Positions 62,809 through 64,000 of a DNA stretch of 64,000 bases are shown piece by piece (the stretch's first letter is position 1; each line of letters starts with the position of its first letter). The stretch is from Chloroflexota bacterium. GTDB lineage: Bacteria; Chloroflexota; UBA11872; VXOZ01. The DNA lies in contig OY760183.1 in assembly GCA_963663275.1 (NCBI GenBank), positions 704,001 to 768,000 on the forward strand. Direction: 5' to 3'. The notes below the pieces were generated by a model. The model worked only from the letters and a program-made list of their open reading frames with translations. It was not told the DNA's origin and searched no databases. The position numbers and the translations under genes were made by a program.

Positions 62809-62976
62809 GGCTGTCTCCGCGTCAGGCAGCCCCTCGCGGTCCGGGCGGCGGCCGCGGCGACTGTTCGGCGATCGCCCGAGGCGCTAGCCCGCAGTACTCG
62901 CTTGCGGATGTCCAGGGTAACCAATGCAGACGAAGAAGCGCCTTGTTACTCAAGCTGCTATTGAAGAGCCGCTCAA

Positions 62977-63909
62977 CTATGCGCGAAACGGCTTCCCCGT
63001 GCGCCGCAGTTCTTTCGTCACCGCTATCTGGCACGTCACGTAGGCGCTTTCCGTGGGGCGGCCGCGGTGGTTCATATCGCCGGCGGAGTAGCCGGGGCGG
63101 GCGTCGCCGATGGTGCCGACGATCAGGTTGGCGTGTTCCGTGGTCGTATCGTAGCGGTCGGCGATCAGGCCCACCATATCGGCCCACGCCGCGCGCACGG
63201 CGTCGGTCCAGGTGCGGCCCTGGCCGCTGGTGAGGTATTCCTCCGCGCTTTCGACCACGTTGGTGGTCTCCACCACCGGGCTGGAAGTCGAAAAGCCCGG
63301 CGAGCGGTCCACGCGGATGGTCACGCTCGTATCGATCTCCACGCCGGTGCCGGTCAGTTCGCCGTCGGACATGCGCGCGTGGGCGTCGGCCAGGGTCAGC
63401 AGGCCGCCCGCTTTCTGGGCGCGCACGTGCACCGTGCTGCCGGGGCGCGTTGAGTTGAAGTCCATGTTGCCGCCGTGGTCGATCTCGTATGGGTCTACGG
63501 ATTCCAACATCACCACGCCGACCATGGGGCGCTCCGGGACCACGAAGTCCGGCGGAAAGTGCACCAGGCCGTCGCGCACCGGGGCGATCAGGCGCACGCT
63601 GCCCCAGATGGGGCCGCCGTTGCGGTAGAATCCGTAGGGGCCGCATTCCATGTCCAGGATTTCGATTGACACCCAATCGCCGGGCGCGATGTCCTCGATG
63701 TAGAACGGTCCGCCGGGCCGGGAGTAGCGCGGCGTGCCCACTTCCATCACCGCGCCGGGCTTCAGTTCGCCCTTGATCTTCAGGTCCTGGTCGTGGCCGC
63801 CGACGGTCTCGACGACCACCGTCTCGCCGAGCCGCAGCGTGCCTCTGATTTCCCCGCGTTCCGGGTCGTCGGGGCCGTGGTAGTAGGGCGTACGGGTGAA
63901 GCGCCGCAT
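62977..63909 (-). CDS. Acetamidase/formamidase family protein
   Basis: GPFYIE..APGD, PMVGV, HGGNMD, DAHARMSDGELTGTGVE. Confidence 0.88.
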   Translation of the reverse strand: MRRFTRTPYYHGPDDPERGEIRGTLRLGETVVVETVGGHDQDLKIKGELKPGAVMEVGTPRYSRPGGPFYIEDIAPGDWVSIEILDMECGPYGFYRNGGPIWGSVRLIAPVRDGLVHFPPDFVVPERPMVGVVMLESVDPYEIDHGGNMDFNSTRPGSTVHVRAQKAGGLLTLADAHARMSDGELTGTGVEIDTSVTIRVDRSPGFSTSSPVVETTNVVESAEEYLTSGQGRTWTDAVRAAWADMVGLIADRYDTTTEHANLIVGTIGDARPGYSAGDMNHRGRPTESAYVTCQIAVTKELRRTGKPFRA

Positions 63910-64000
63910 GAGATTCCTCCCGCTTGCGGTGTCGTTCGGCTGTTGCAACCAAGGCGCTCTCGGCAAGCGAAACCGGCCGAGACGCTTTCTCTTGCCCCAA

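Overview
GC-rich bacterial chromosomal window, most likely from a Chloroflexota genome (inferred from gene content and repeat style; not verified). It is probably near the replication origin, because a perfect parS site sits just upstream of recF and gyrA is nearby. Housekeeping genes include recF, moaC, gyrA, folB, rsmI, nadE with a separate glutaminase, pgsA, lepA, a pepF-type peptidase and ispE. They are interspersed with catabolic paralogs (three Gfo/Idh/MocA oxidoreductases, hydrolases, aminotransferases) and a Liv-type ABC transporter with two binding proteins. Visibly lower-GC accessory modules include: (i) a candidate defence operon at 40.0-45.7 kb (decayed higBA, a DNA methyltransferase-HNH fusion, a 221-aa HEPN-like protein and a 968-aa helical protein); (ii) an ABC-ATPase plus TOPRIM-like (DUF4276-type) pair; (iii) a small gene plus retropepsin-like protease pair; (iv) a kinase-like gene near possible degenerate attC ends. 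Intergenic DNA holds a nested repeat system. Three families of TIR-bounded miniature elements carry REP-like hairpins and insert, with clear target-site duplications, into other REP-like hairpins. Other notable features are an unusual GyrA QRDR (HPHSNEP), a 22-bp tandem array and a probable ATT-initiated paralog pair. No rRNA, tRNA, CRISPR array, transposase or integrase was recognised. All family assignments come from visual motif recognition, not database searches.
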